Of a stretch of DNA of 64,000 nt, positions 53,764-63,237 are shown one piece after another (position 1 is the first letter of the stretch; each line of letters starts with the position of its first letter). This stretch comes from an uncultured Candidatus Rokubacteria bacterium (GTDB taxonomy: Bacteria > Methylomirabilota > Methylomirabilia > Rokubacteriales > CSP1-6): contig CAVYTA010000007.1 of NCBI GenBank assembly GCA_963771355.1, positions 160,001 through 224,000 on the forward strand, read 5' to 3'. The position numbers and the translations under genes were made by a program. The notes under the pieces are model-generated. The model saw only the letters and a program-made list of their open reading frames with translations, ran no database searches and had not been told where the DNA came from.

Positions 53764-54198
53764 TCAACTGCCCTTGACCCATGTCTGGGTCTTGTAGAAG
53801 ACGCCGAGGTAGCCGCGCACCTTGAGCTTGCCGTCCTCGTTCCAGACCTCCGCCTTGTAGATCTTGCCGTCCTCCGGGTCCAGGATGGTGCCGCCCTTGA
53901 AGCGATCCCCGTCCGGCTTGAGGTCTCTGATGATGACGAGGCCGATGATCGGCTTGTCCTTGTCGTCGCCCTTGCAGGCGGTGCAGGTCTTGGGCTTGCC
54001 CGCCTTGTCATTGGGCTCGGTCAGGCCCGTGATCGTGCCGGTGAGCTTGCCGCCCTGCTCGGTGATCTGCACCTCGGATACCGGCTTGCCGGTCTTCTCG
54101 TCGATCGTCTGCCACTTGCCGACCGGTGCCTCGGCCGCCGCGGCAAGGCCGACACCGGCCACCAGGCCCAGAACCATCAATCCCCAAGTCCGCCTCAT
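53764..54198 (-). CDS. DUF2147 family exported protein
   Basis: Signal peptide, GKWQTIDEKTGK, CTAC, GGTILDPEDGKIY, VRGYLG..YKTQTW. Confidence 0.9.
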   Translation of the reverse strand: MRRTWGLMVLGLVAGVGLAAAAEAPVGKWQTIDEKTGKPVSEVQITEQGGKLTGTITGLTEPNDKAGKPKTCTACKGDDKDKPIIGLVIIRDLKPDGDRFKGGTILDPEDGKIYKAEVWNEDGKLKVRGYLGVFYKTQTWVKGS

Positions 54199-54221
54199 GG
54201 ACAGTCCTCCTCTCAGGTCAG

Positions 54222-54482
54222 TCAGTTCTGGAAAATCTTGGTCGACTCCACGGTGACGGCCTTGCCCCACCAGTTCTGGGTCTGGGCCGCGGCCACATCG
54301 GACCGGGTCACCTTCGGATCGGCATCCTGCGCACCATTGCGGATCGAGAACCCCATGTGCTGGTCCGACGCGAAGTGGGAGGTATGGGCGCGCCACTCGC
54401 CCCATTCTTCGGCTGTCGCGCAGCCACTGGCCACCATGATGCCGCCGCCCAACAGCAGTGCCCTCATTGCTCGTCTGCTCAT
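54222..54482 (-). CDS. Small hypothetical lipoprotein
   Basis: Lipobox ASGC; W..W..H.SHFAS..HM.FS.RN...WWG. Confidence 0.7.
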   Translation of the reverse strand: MSRRAMRALLLGGGIMVASGCATAEEWGEWRAHTSHFASDQHMGFSIRNGAQDADPKVTRSDVAAAQTQNWWGKAVTVESTKIFQN

Positions 54483-54563
54483 CGCGCTCCCCCAAGGTGA
54501 AGATTGAAATACCGCCACGGTTCAGCCGCGGCTGAGACTAGCGCCGGAGGCGAAGCCACGCCT

Positions 54564-54581
54564 ATAGGACCAAGGACCCGC
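54564..54581 (-). promoter_or_regulatory. 18-bp regulator box (site 8)
   Basis: ATAGGACCAAGGACCCGC; TAGTCT 23 nt toward the lipoprotein gene. Confidence 0.65.
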
Positions 54582-54665
54582 CGCGTGGGCAAGCGGGTTT
54601 TCAAGAGCCGACGCGCAAAACACCGGAGCTAGAGTCCTCACCTGACTTCAGTGGTGAGGGAGCTC

Positions 54666-55715
54666 TCACACCTCGGCGAACTGGACGACCACCTTGATGT
54701 CTTCCGGCGTCCGCTGCAAGGCGCGCGCAAAGTCGTTCGGTCGCTCGCGTCGCGTCACGAGCTGGGCTAGCCAAGCGCGGTCTGCGCGGGCCAGGGCTTC
54801 TCCGGCCTTGTACCAGTGCCGCTTGTTGGCATTGACGCTGCCGATAACGACGTTGTTCCGCAACACCGCCCCCGCCGCCACGTCTGCCGTGCCGGGCCCG
54901 GTAGTGGAGCCGCCGGTGCCAATGCCGGTGAGACACACGGTGCCGCCTGCCGCAATGGATCGAATCGAGTCGGCAATCACCTGCCCGACGCCCGTGCATT
55001 CAATGATAACGTCCGGCTCGAATCCGATGCCGGCCACGGTGCCGGTGTGGTAGCTAGCACCGAGGGAGCGGACGAGTTCCGGCTTGGTTCCAGAATCAGC
55101 CCGATCAAGGACGTGAATGTCCAGACCGCGCTGCTTCCCGAGAAGGGCAGCGAGAAGACCGATCGGCCCCGCCCCCGTTATCAGCACAGTCCGGGGCTCC
55201 CAGAAGGCGCGCCGGCCGACCACGACGATCTGTTCCCAGGCCTTGGTGACTACAGTTGTGGGCTCCAGCAGGACACCGAGGAGCCCGAGCGAACTGTCCA
55301 CCTTCATCGCGTAGTCGGGTTCGATCCGCCAGCGCTCGGACATGAACCCGTCGATCTGCTTGATGCCACGCTCGGTGTACTGGCCGTTGCGGCACATGTC
55401 CCACTCGCCCACCGCACAGTTCGGGCAAGGGACGGGGTCTGGACGGCGGACGATCCCCACCACCAGGTCGTCCTTCTTGAGCCCGCCGGTAGGCCCCGGG
55501 TCCACCACGCGGCCCAGGGATTCGTGGCCCAACACCAAACGCGCCTTGCCGCGAGGAGCCCAGCCGTACTTGCCTTCCACGATCTCGACGTCGGTCCCGC
55601 AAACCCCGACGGCGATGGCTTCCACGAGTACCGAGCCGTCGCGCGCCTCAGGCTCTGCCACGTCCTCCAAGCGTGCGGTCCCGGGCTTCTTCGGCTCTAC
55701 CGTGATTGCCTTCAT
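54666..55715 (-). CDS. gdh: Glucose 1-dehydrogenase (Zn-dependent MDR family)
   Basis: GVCGTD, LGHESLG, VRRPD..C..C.....DMC, YTERGI, GAGPIG, GSVNAN. Confidence 0.88.
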   Translation of the reverse strand: MKAITVEPKKPGTARLEDVAEPEARDGSVLVEAIAVGVCGTDVEIVEGKYGWAPRGKARLVLGHESLGRVVDPGPTGGLKKDDLVVGIVRRPDPVPCPNCAVGEWDMCRNGQYTERGIKQIDGFMSERWRIEPDYAMKVDSSLGLLGVLLEPTTVVTKAWEQIVVVGRRAFWEPRTVLITGAGPIGLLAALLGKQRGLDIHVLDRADSGTKPELVRSLGASYHTGTVAGIGFEPDVIIECTGVGQVIADSIRSIAAGGTVCLTGIGTGGSTTGPGTADVAAGAVLRNNVVIGSVNANKRHWYKAGEALARADRAWLAQLVTRRERPNDFARALQRTPEDIKVVVQFAEV

Positions 55716-55728
55716 TGGCTTAGAGCGG

Positions 55729-56349
55729 TCAGTGCCGCGGCGGCCGCAGATCGAGCTTTTGGGTCATCCGGACAAGGTCCGCCACCGACTTCGTTTGCAT
55801 CTTCTTCATGACCCGGCCGCGATGAACCTTGATGGTCTTTTCGGCGCTTTGAAGGTCGTCGGCGATCCGCTTGTTCGGCTTGCCGGCTACGACGAGCATG
55901 AGCACCTCGCGCTCGCGTGGTGTCAGCGTTTCGAGGCGGTGCTCGAGCTCCACACGCTCCGCTCGGTCGGCTCTCTCCTTCTGGCCACGCTCGAGCGCCC
56001 GTTGCACACAATCCAGGAGCTGCTGATCGTTGAAGGGTTTCTCGAGGAAATCTACCGCGCCTGCCTTCATTGCGCGGACGCTGATCGGTACGCTCCCGTA
56101 GCCCGTGAGGAAAACTATGGGGATGTCTGGTCGGGCCTGGCTCAGGGCCGATTGGAGGTCGAGACCACTCGGGCCGGGCAGGCGGACGTCCAGCACGAGG
56201 CATGCCGGCCGGTCCGGCGGGGCGTAGTCGATGAATGAGGTGGCCGACGGGAAGGTCCTAGCCTCAAGGCCGACAGACCGGAAGAGCCGGGAGAGAGCTC
56301 GGCAGACGGATTCATCGTCGTCCACCACGTAGACTACAGCTTCGTCCAT
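55729..56349 (-). CDS. FixJ-family response regulator (REC + LuxR HTH), copy 1
   Basis: VVDDD, LDVRLP, FLTGYG, LEKPF, LTPREREV...NKRIA...EKTIKVHRGRVMKKM. Confidence 0.94.
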   Translation of the reverse strand: MDEAVVYVVDDDESVCRALSRLFRSVGLEARTFPSATSFIDYAPPDRPACLVLDVRLPGPSGLDLQSALSQARPDIPIVFLTGYGSVPISVRAMKAGAVDFLEKPFNDQQLLDCVQRALERGQKERADRAERVELEHRLETLTPREREVLMLVVAGKPNKRIADDLQSAEKTIKVHRGRVMKKMQTKSVADLVRMTQKLDLRPPRH

Positions 56350-56425
56350 GGTTCGGGCCTCGCAGCGGCATCTTCAGCAGGGGCGATGGCAAGGGGATAC
56401 TGTCCGACTGCCGGAACGGGTGGCT

Positions 56426-56443
56426 ATCGGACCTTGGTCCTAT
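56426..56443 (-). promoter_or_regulatory. 18-bp regulator box (site 9), upstream of FixJ-like copy 1
   Basis: ATCGGACCTTGGTCCTAT; CAGTAT 23 nt toward the regulator gene. Confidence 0.78.
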
Positions 56444-56529
56444 ATGTGCCGACCGCGGGCTGTATCGAAGGCGATCCGCGCGGAGAGGAGAGGCTGCCCT
56501 TGTGGTCGGTCGAAGACGCCCGCGACTTC

Positions 56530-56547
56530 CTGCGACCAAAGTCTTAT
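56530..56547 (+). promoter_or_regulatory. 18-bp regulator box (site 10)
   Basis: CTGCGACCAAAGTCTTAT; GAGAAT 23 nt downstream. Confidence 0.6.
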
Positions 56548-56582
56548 AGCCCCCGGGCGATGGCCGGGCTGAGAATGTCGGT

Positions 56583-56849
56583 ATGGTCACGCCATTCGCG
56601 GCCGGGCTTCTCATCGTGCTCGGAGTGCTCGCCGGTTGCGCCTCGTCCGCGTCCCAGGGCTGGACGAAGCCCGGCGCGACCGAGGAGCAGGTCAACGGTG
56701 ACTCGGCCGACTGCCTGTTCAATGCGCAGTCGATGGCGCCCGGAGGTGTGGCGCCCGGAAGCAGTCGAGGCCCGGGCATGGTGGTAAATCAGGACAGATA
56801 TCGCCAGTGCATGGCGAGTCGCGGCTATACGGCGGGGCCGACCAAGTAG
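56583..56849 (+). CDS. Small lipoprotein with paired cysteines
   Basis: Lipobox LAGC; WTKPGAT...D...C...YRQCMASRGY. Confidence 0.75.
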   Translation: MVTPFAAGLLIVLGVLAGCASSASQGWTKPGATEEQVNGDSADCLFNAQSMAPGGVAPGSSRGPGMVVNQDRYRQCMASRGYTAGPTK

Positions 56850-56877
56850 ACGACCCGGCGCCTCCTCCCCATCCAAT

Positions 56878-57916
56878 CTAGAAGCCGGTAAACTTCATCG
56901 AGAGCTCCACGATCTTGTCGCCGCGGAGGACGGTGACCCGCAGATCGTCGCCCGCCTTGAGGGTCTCCAGCGCCTTGACGACCTTGGCGCGGTCGTCGGG
57001 GCTGGCCATGGTGATCCCCTGAACCGAGAGCAGGATATCGCCCCCGACGACGAGCTGCTGGCCTTCCACGATGCCGATGCGGTCTCCTCCCTTGAGCCCG
57101 ATCCGGCCGCCAACCGAATCCTTGACCACCTGCTTCACGAGGAACCCGCCCGCCTGCGGCACGTTAAGGGCCTGGGCCATCGCCCCCGACACCAGCATGA
57201 GGTCGACTCCGAAGAACCCGCGGTTCCGCTCCACCAGGAGGCTTTTCACGGTATTCGCGGTGACGACGAAGCCGAGCCCTTCGCTCCCGCCCGACTTCGA
57301 GATGTTGTGGCTGACGATCCCGATCAGCTCGCCCGCCCGGGTGAACATCGGCCCGCCGGAGTTGCCGGTATTGATCACCGCGTCGGTCTGGAAGAACTCG
57401 GCCAGCGGGAAGTCCTTGGTGACCGTGTTGGGGGGCCACCGCGCGCTGATGATCCCCTCGCTCAGGGAATAGCTGAGCCCGTAGGGCGCGCCGACGATGA
57501 AGACCGGATCGCCGACGCGGACGGGGTCGGAGTTGGCGAGCTTCGCCACCGTGGCGTCGCGGGGCACCACCGAGACCTGGAGGACCGAGATGTCGGCCGC
57601 ATTGCTCGGAGGCGATGACGCGCGCGGGCACGGGCTCCTCGCCGAGGAACTCCACGGTGATGTCCTCCATCGTCTGGACCACGTGCGCGGCGGTCGCCAC
57701 TTTCCCGTCCGCCGAGATCAGCACGCCCGAGCCGATCTCCTTGAAGCCGACCGTGCCGTCGGCGGTCACCTCCTGGCCCCGGGCTCGGATCACCACCACC
57801 GACGTGCTGACGCGGCGGTACGCGTCGTGGAGCGACTCGCCCGTCTCCTAGCGAGACGGCGCCGCGAACAGGAGCGCGAGCGCCAGCATCACCGCGCGCC
57901 GGGTATCCCTGCTCAT
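56878..57916 (-). pseudogene. HtrA/DegS-like serine protease with PDZ, frameshifted (copy 1)
   Basis: MSRDTRRAVMLAL... stops at ~57848; ESLHDAYRRVS..GSGV..TAAHVV in another frame; +1 shift at ~57602; then QTDAVINTGNSGG and PDZ. Confidence 0.82.
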
Positions 57917-57947
57917 CTTGGTACCTCCGACATGAGGTCCTTCACGG

Positions 57948-58808
57948 TCAGTCCGGCCAGCTATGCAGGAGGTAGAGGGCCTTCACCAGCGGGCTGGCCG
58001 CCGCGAAGGGCCCGAACCACCGCTCGTAGATCTGGACGAGCCCGGAGCGGTAGAGCGTGGAGAGCTTGCGGTTCACCTGCGCTTGAAAGGCGTTGTCTCC
58101 GCGCCGCATCATGAGCGCGTACGGCTCGTACGAGAAGAACTCGTCACTCAGCCGGAGCTTCGCCGGGTTCCTGGCAGTGGTCAGCAGGCCCGCGAGCAGG
58201 ATACGATCCGAGGCGTAGGCGTCGAGCCGCCCCTCCTCGAGACTCCGCAGGCCCTCACCGACCTCGGCCACCGGGATCACCGTCGCCTGAATGGCCGCGG
58301 CGGCCAGCGCCGCGGCGAGGGCCTTCTGCGTGGTGGTGTTGGGGATCACGCCGACGCGCTTGCCGGCGAGGTCCTTCACCGTGCCGATGCCGGAGTCGGC
58401 AGTGGCCAGCAGGCTCCCACCGTCCACGGAGATCATGTGGCTGAACGCGACCTGCTCCATGCGCCCGAAGGTGATCGTGGTCGACCCACACTCGAGGTCG
58501 ATCGTACCCTTGACGAGCTGCACAATGCGGTCGGCCGGCGTCACCGCCACCCAGGCCACCTTGAGCCCGGGGAGCTTCAGCGACTCCCGGATCGCGCCGG
58601 CCACCTGCAGGCAGAGGTCTACCGAGAATCCGGCCGGCTGACCGTCGCTGCCGAGGAAGGAAAATGGACGGGACGTCGCCCGGTGGCCCAGCTGAATGAC
58701 ACCGGTCTCCTTGATCTTGTCGAGCGTCGGCCGGATCTCCTGGCCGGCGGCCGGGCCGGCCAGGGCCAGCAGCACGACGCAAATCGCGAGCCCGGATCTC
58801 AGACCCAT
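57948..58808 (-). CDS. Amino-acid ABC substrate-binding protein (GltI-like), copy 2
   Basis: TLDKIKETG, GHRATSRPFS, IDLECGSTT, EPYALM. Confidence 0.9.
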   Translation of the reverse strand: MGLRSGLAICVVLLALAGPAAGQEIRPTLDKIKETGVIQLGHRATSRPFSFLGSDGQPAGFSVDLCLQVAGAIRESLKLPGLKVAWVAVTPADRIVQLVKGTIDLECGSTTITFGRMEQVAFSHMISVDGGSLLATADSGIGTVKDLAGKRVGVIPNTTTQKALAAALAAAAIQATVIPVAEVGEGLRSLEEGRLDAYASDRILLAGLLTTARNPAKLRLSDEFFSYEPYALMMRRGDNAFQAQVNRKLSTLYRSGLVQIYERWFGPFAAASPLVKALYLLHSWPD

Positions 58809-58908
58809 ACACTTCTCCCTCTTGAACCTGCCCGGGCCTGGGGTGTGACCGCGGAACGAGGTCCGTCGGCCCGTGGTCGGGCCAACTTCAGCTCCAACTC
58901 AATTGGCC

Positions 58909-58922
58909 TTGACCCACGTCAA
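58909..58922. promoter_or_regulatory. FNR/FixK-like box
   Basis: TTGAC-CCAC-GTCAA perfect 5-4-5 palindrome, intergenic. Confidence 0.45.
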
Positions 58923-58969
58923 CCCCGAAGTTCCTCGCATCGACATTCCTCTCTTCAGGTTTATGTCGG

Positions 58970-59527
58970 TTACTTGTCCATTCGGCTGATCTTCGAGCCC
59001 TGAAGCCCGAGGCCAGCCATCAGCCCCCGCTGATCGAAGAAGACCGCGTAGATATCGCTCTGAATCGTCGAGCTGGTGAACGCCGTCGCGGTGCCCGTGT
59101 CGAGGACGACGATACTCGGGCCCATGCCGAGCTCGAAGCCGCCGCTGTCGTTGAGATACTTGACAGCAGAATCGGTCATGAAGAACAAGGCGTAGCCGAA
59201 CTTCTGCGCGCCGGCCTGGAGGCCGTACGAGGCCGCCGCGGTGTTGTAGTAGCCGACGGTCTTGCCGCGCTGGCGAAGCGCGCCCTCGCCGTACTGCGCC
59301 CCGAAGAGAAAGCCGGCCTTGACGATGTTCGGGAACACGAGCACGGCCTTGGCCTGGCTGGCGAGCTTCCGGGTGTCGGGCACGGCGGCAGACATGCTGG
59401 CCACGGCCGCGTCCACCTCGCGGTTGATCTCCGCGGCGGATGCGGCGAGGGCGGGTTTCGCCGAGATCGTCACGGTCATCGCCAGGGCCACTGCCAGTAG
59501 GCCCGCTCCAAGTCGTGCCTTGAGCAT
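58970..59527 (-). CDS. Ysc84/SYLF lipid-binding domain exported protein
   Basis: Signal peptide; AKAVLVFP..VKAG..FG.QYGEG, SYGLQAGAQ, GLMAGLGLQGSKI. Confidence 0.88.
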   Translation of the reverse strand: MLKARLGAGLLAVALAMTVTISAKPALAASAAEINREVDAAVASMSAAVPDTRKLASQAKAVLVFPNIVKAGFLFGAQYGEGALRQRGKTVGYYNTAAASYGLQAGAQKFGYALFFMTDSAVKYLNDSGGFELGMGPSIVVLDTGTATAFTSSTIQSDIYAVFFDQRGLMAGLGLQGSKISRMDK

Positions 59528-59574
59528 CGTCCGTTCTCCCCGGACCACCTGATGGAGGGTGGGCATGTCATTGG

Positions 59575-60054
59575 TCATTTGATCAGTGGAATCTCGCGGG
59601 CAATCTCGTAATTCACGAGCGCGCGCATCTTGTTCTCGACCTGGTAGAGCCGCGCTACCTTCACGGGCGGCAGGGCCCGCCGAAATCGGGGCGCGTACGA
59701 CTTGAGGATCGCGGCGTGATCCGTTTCGAGAGCCAGGAACTCGCCGAGGAGCTTGGTGGCCGTCTCGTCGGTCATCGACGAGTACGCCTTCGCGAACGTG
59801 TCGATGAGCTTCACGACGCGGTCGTAGTAGGTGATCATGTCGCTCTGATAGGCGTTGTAGACGGGCCAGAAGGCCTTGGCCTCGCCCTCGGTGAGGTCGA
59901 GCGTCGTCGCCACCACCAGTTTCTTGTCCGCCCGCGCCTTCTCGCGGAAGATCTCCATGGTGTCCGCCGGCTTGTCCTGCGCGCCCGCGACCCCGGCCAC
60001 GAAGGAAACCAGGAAGGCTCCGACCATCAATACGCCTCGATCTCGATGTCCCAT
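59575..60054 (-). CDS. Hypothetical exported helical protein
   Basis: Signal peptide; DKKLVV...LT..EA..FWPVY..YQ; GGAGGG RBS. Confidence 0.75.
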   Translation of the reverse strand: MGHRDRGVLMVGAFLVSFVAGVAGAQDKPADTMEIFREKARADKKLVVATTLDLTEGEAKAFWPVYNAYQSDMITYYDRVVKLIDTFAKAYSSMTDETATKLLGEFLALETDHAAILKSYAPRFRRALPPVKVARLYQVENKMRALVNYEIAREIPLIK

Positions 60055-60144
60055 GGGTGTCCGCTCCCTCCGGGCGTTGCTCGATCGTTCACGCTTGCGG
60101 CTCCGGTCCGAGCGGCAGTATGGGGGAGGGCTCATGGCGGGTAT

Positions 60145-60162
60145 ATCAGACTTTGGTCCTAT
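60145..60162 (-). promoter_or_regulatory. 18-bp regulator box (site 11)
   Basis: ATCAGACTTTGGTCCTAT; CATACT 22 nt toward gene 60054. Confidence 0.75.
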
Positions 60163-60194
60163 GCCGGTCCGCTCGGGGGTGTCGGCCCGTGTCC

Positions 60195-61214
60195 CTATCG
60201 TGGGCTGGCGGCGCCGGGCAGCCCGGCGCGAATGCGCCGTGAAAAATCCGGCGCCTGATCGGCGGCCTGGGCGGCGGCATTGACGAGGGAGCGTCGTTTG
60301 AGCTCTTCGAAGGGCAGGCTCTGGTCTATCCGGCCCGCCTCGTACACGTAGGCCGGCGTGTAGCCGGACAGCAACACCTTCCAGGAGAAGGGGAGGGATT
60401 CCGGATTCACGCGCGTGTTCATGAGGATCGCGGTCGTGCAATTGGTGGTGAGCGTGTTGTAGAACTCCGGGCGCTCGCGGAGCGCGTTCAGCTTGCGCAC
60501 GTATTCGAGGAACACGCGCCGCAAATTCTCACGGGGCCCACGCAGGGGATAGACGTAGACGTCCTCCGGCGGATCCTTGCGGTAATTGGTCCTGACCCGG
60601 ATCACGTCGCGCTCGTCGGCCACGACATAGTAGAGCTCGTACTGCCGGAAGAAGCCCTTGGCCGAGGAGTAGCCCTCGCCCATCTCCTTGCGGGCCTCGA
60701 TGGAGATGGCGAGGTGGTCGTCGCCAAAGCCGAAGGAGAGGAGGAGGTGAGCGATGGCCGGCCCCATCCAGTAGACGGCCACGAGGTCCCCCGAGTCCAG
60801 TTTCTTCAGGTCGTAGGTGCGGTCGTAATAGGCCGGGGTGAAGTCGGTCTCCGTACGGTAGTCGAAGTTCCTGATGTTGTGCACGGTGACCATGTCGCCG
60901 TTGACGGTCGCGTAGGCGAGCCGGGCGACCTCGGGTTGCCAGGCTCGCTCATTGGACGGCCTGAGGCCGCCCCACCAGACGGCGATCGCCGCGAGGGCCA
61001 CCGCGAAGACGGGCAGGGCGAATCGCTGACCCCGATGAAGCACGAGTGCGACAACGGCGGCGAGGCCGGCCAGGCCGTACACCGCGGCCAGGGCGAGCCG
61101 GCCTTGGTCGCCGCCGGGTCCCACGACCGTGAGGGCCAACGCGCCCCAGCCCGTGATGCCCAGCACGGCGAGAGCGCCCAGCCAACGGACGGAGCGCGTC
61201 AGGAAGCGACGCAC
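60195..61214 (-). CDS. DUF4105 domain membrane protein
   Basis: Three N-terminal TM helices; HNIRNFDY, AHLLLSFGF, SIEARKE, YNTLTTNCTT. Confidence 0.88.
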   Translation of the reverse strand: MRRFLTRSVRWLGALAVLGITGWGALALTVVGPGGDQGRLALAAVYGLAGLAAVVALVLHRGQRFALPVFAVALAAIAVWWGGLRPSNERAWQPEVARLAYATVNGDMVTVHNIRNFDYRTETDFTPAYYDRTYDLKKLDSGDLVAVYWMGPAIAHLLLSFGFGDDHLAISIEARKEMGEGYSSAKGFFRQYELYYVVADERDVIRVRTNYRKDPPEDVYVYPLRGPRENLRRVFLEYVRKLNALRERPEFYNTLTTNCTTAILMNTRVNPESLPFSWKVLLSGYTPAYVYEAGRIDQSLPFEELKRRSLVNAAAQAADQAPDFSRRIRAGLPGAASPR

Positions 61215-61270
61215 GAGACTTCCCCGATGACCATCGGAGGGGAGGGTACCGCTCAGGCGCAGATCGGTCT

Positions 61271-61288
61271 ATAAGCCCAAGGTCTCAT
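61271..61288 (+). promoter_or_regulatory. 18-bp regulator box (site 12)
   Basis: ATAAGCCCAAGGTCTCAT between divergent genes; TAAACT 22 nt downstream. Confidence 0.6.
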
Positions 61289-61351
61289 TGGCGGGCCCAA
61301 CCCGCCCCTCTAAACTGCCTCGGATGCCGATCCAACACGAGGGGGATTTCT

Positions 61352-61608
61352 GTGGTGAGCTACTGGAAACGCTTGTCCATCGCTTGCATGACCGTGCTGA
61401 CTGCCGCGGGCGGCGCCGGCGCGGCGGGCTACGAGGCACCGAGGAGCTCAGCCAGGAGCTGAAAGCCAACTATCGCGCTCCCGGCTTCAACGGCAGCTTC
61501 GAGTTCTGGGTCACCGGGACCTTGTCGCCCAAGGGGAAAAAGGATCTCCAGGCCCGAGGCTTTTCGGTCGTCGAGCAGGCCGGCACCCGCATCGACATCG
61601 TCAACTGA
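61352..61608 (+). pseudogene. Internally deleted gene for an exported protein
   Basis: RBS + signal peptide (VVSYWKRLSIACMTVLTAAGGAGAAGYEAP) joined out of frame to a C-terminus-like segment (ELSQELKANY...FWVTGTLSP...IDIVN) ending in TGATG overlap. Confidence 0.55.
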
Positions 61609-62630
61609 TGAAAAAGCTCTTCGTAGCGATACTCGCGGCCGCCGTGCTGCCGGCCTTTGCCCCCGCGGCTCGGGCCCAGAACCTGGACGAGGTCTTTCGC
61701 AAGGTCAGCCCGTCCGTCGTCGTCGTGCGGAGCAAGGGGCGAGACGTCAACGCCGGGGGTGTCACCAACTTCAAACAGACGGGCTCCGGGGTCCTGATCT
61801 CCAGCGACGGCAGGGTGATGACGGCCGCCCACGTCGTCAACGGCATGGACGAGATCACCGTCGAGGGCATCGCCGGTGAGGTCGTACGCGCGACGCTGCT
61901 CTCGGCCAATACGGCCGCCGATGTTTCGCTCCTGCAGCTCGAGCGCGTGACAGGGGCCATGCGGGTGGCGCGGATGGGCAACTCCGACGCGGTGCGGGTC
62001 GGCGAACAGGTCCTGGTCGTCGGCGCCCCCTACGGACTCTCTTATTCGATGAGCGTGGGCTGGGTCAGCGCACGCTGGCCGCCCAACACAATTTTCCCCG
62101 ACATGCCGCTGGCGGAGTTCCTTCAGACCACGGCCACGATCAACACGGGTAACTCCGGTGGCCCCATCTTCAACATGGGGGGCGAGGTCATCGGTATCGT
62201 CAGCCAGAATATCTCAAAGTCCGGCGGCAGCGAGGGCCTGGGCTTTGTCGTGACGATCAACAGTGCGCGAAATCTCTTGGTCCCCCGGAAGATCTTCTGG
62301 GGTGCCCTCCAGGGCCTCCTCCTCACCGGCCGCCTGGCGAGTGTCTTCAACGTCCCTGCGCCCGCCGGGTTCCTCGTCAAGACGGTCGCCCAAGGTTCGA
62401 TGGCGTGGAACATGGGCCTTCAGGGGGCCGACGGAATCGTCACCATCGCAGGGAAGGAGATCCCCGTGGGCGGCGACATCATCCTCTCGGTCGACGGCAT
62501 CCCCGTTGTGTCTGAGGACAACATCGAGCAGATCCGCAACAGGTTGGCCGGCGTGGCGCCGGGCACCCCGTTCAAGATGAACGTGCTCCGCGCCGGCAAG
62601 ATCCTTGAACTTACGGGCACAAGCCAGTAG
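61608..62630 (+). CDS. HtrA/DegS-like serine protease with PDZ (intact copy 2)
   Basis: Signal peptide, GSGV, TAAHVV, DVSLL, GNSGGP, GGDIILSVDG. Confidence 0.93.
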   Translation: MKKLFVAILAAAVLPAFAPAARAQNLDEVFRKVSPSVVVVRSKGRDVNAGGVTNFKQTGSGVLISSDGRVMTAAHVVNGMDEITVEGIAGEVVRATLLSANTAADVSLLQLERVTGAMRVARMGNSDAVRVGEQVLVVGAPYGLSYSMSVGWVSARWPPNTIFPDMPLAEFLQTTATINTGNSGGPIFNMGGEVIGIVSQNISKSGGSEGLGFVVTINSARNLLVPRKIFWGALQGLLLTGRLASVFNVPAPAGFLVKTVAQGSMAWNMGLQGADGIVTIAGKEIPVGGDIILSVDGIPVVSEDNIEQIRNRLAGVAPGTPFKMNVLRAGKILELTGTSQ

Positions 62631-62696
62631 CCCAACGTCACCCCCGCGCAACCCCCGTAGAGGGCAGCCGCATAGTCAATCGGCGCTCCATCCCGA

Positions 62697-63062
62697 TCAT
62701 CGGCCGCCGAGTGCCTTCTCGATCGCTTCGATCAGCAAGGGCCCCTCGAAGGGCTTTGCGAAGTAAGCGACCGCGCCGCCCTTCCGGGCCCGCTCCCGCG
62801 TAGGGACATCGTCGTGGGCCGTGATGAAGATGATCGGAAGCGGGATCTGGTCCTGTGCGAGGCGCTCCTGCAGATCGAAGCCGCTCATCCCGTTCATGTG
62901 GACGTCCAGCAACAAGCAGTCGATGCTCTCGGAATGCTCCCGCGCGAGGAACGCCTCGGCTGAGCAGAAAGTCTGCACGGTGAAGCCGGCGCCTCCCAGC
63001 AGCCGCGTGAGAGCTCGAAGAACGTCAGCGTCGTCGTCGACGACAGCAATCACGGCATTCAC
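62697..63062 (-). CDS. Single-domain response regulator
   Basis: VVDDD, LLDVHM, FITAH, KPF; AAGGAG RBS. Confidence 0.92.
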   Translation of the reverse strand: MNAVIAVVDDDADVLRALTRLLGGAGFTVQTFCSAEAFLAREHSESIDCLLLDVHMNGMSGFDLQERLAQDQIPLPIIFITAHDDVPTRERARKGGAVAYFAKPFEGPLLIEAIEKALGGR

Positions 63063-63155
63063 CAGATACTCCTTCTCGTTCCCGCTTCGGGATGCGCGAG
63101 TCCGATATGCCGTTCGGGACTGAGCTAGTTTTAACTAAGGTGTGTCCGCTGAGAT

Positions 63156-63173
63156 ATGGGGCCTTGGTCGTAT
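63156..63173 (-). promoter_or_regulatory. 18-bp regulator box (site 13)
   Basis: ATGGGGCCTTGGTCGTAT; AAAACT 23 nt toward the REC gene. Confidence 0.6.
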
Positions 63174-63237
63174 GCGGTCGGGTCCTTTGAAAGGGATGGA
63201 AGGAATGGAAGGGAGACGGGCCTGAGACGAGGAATCC

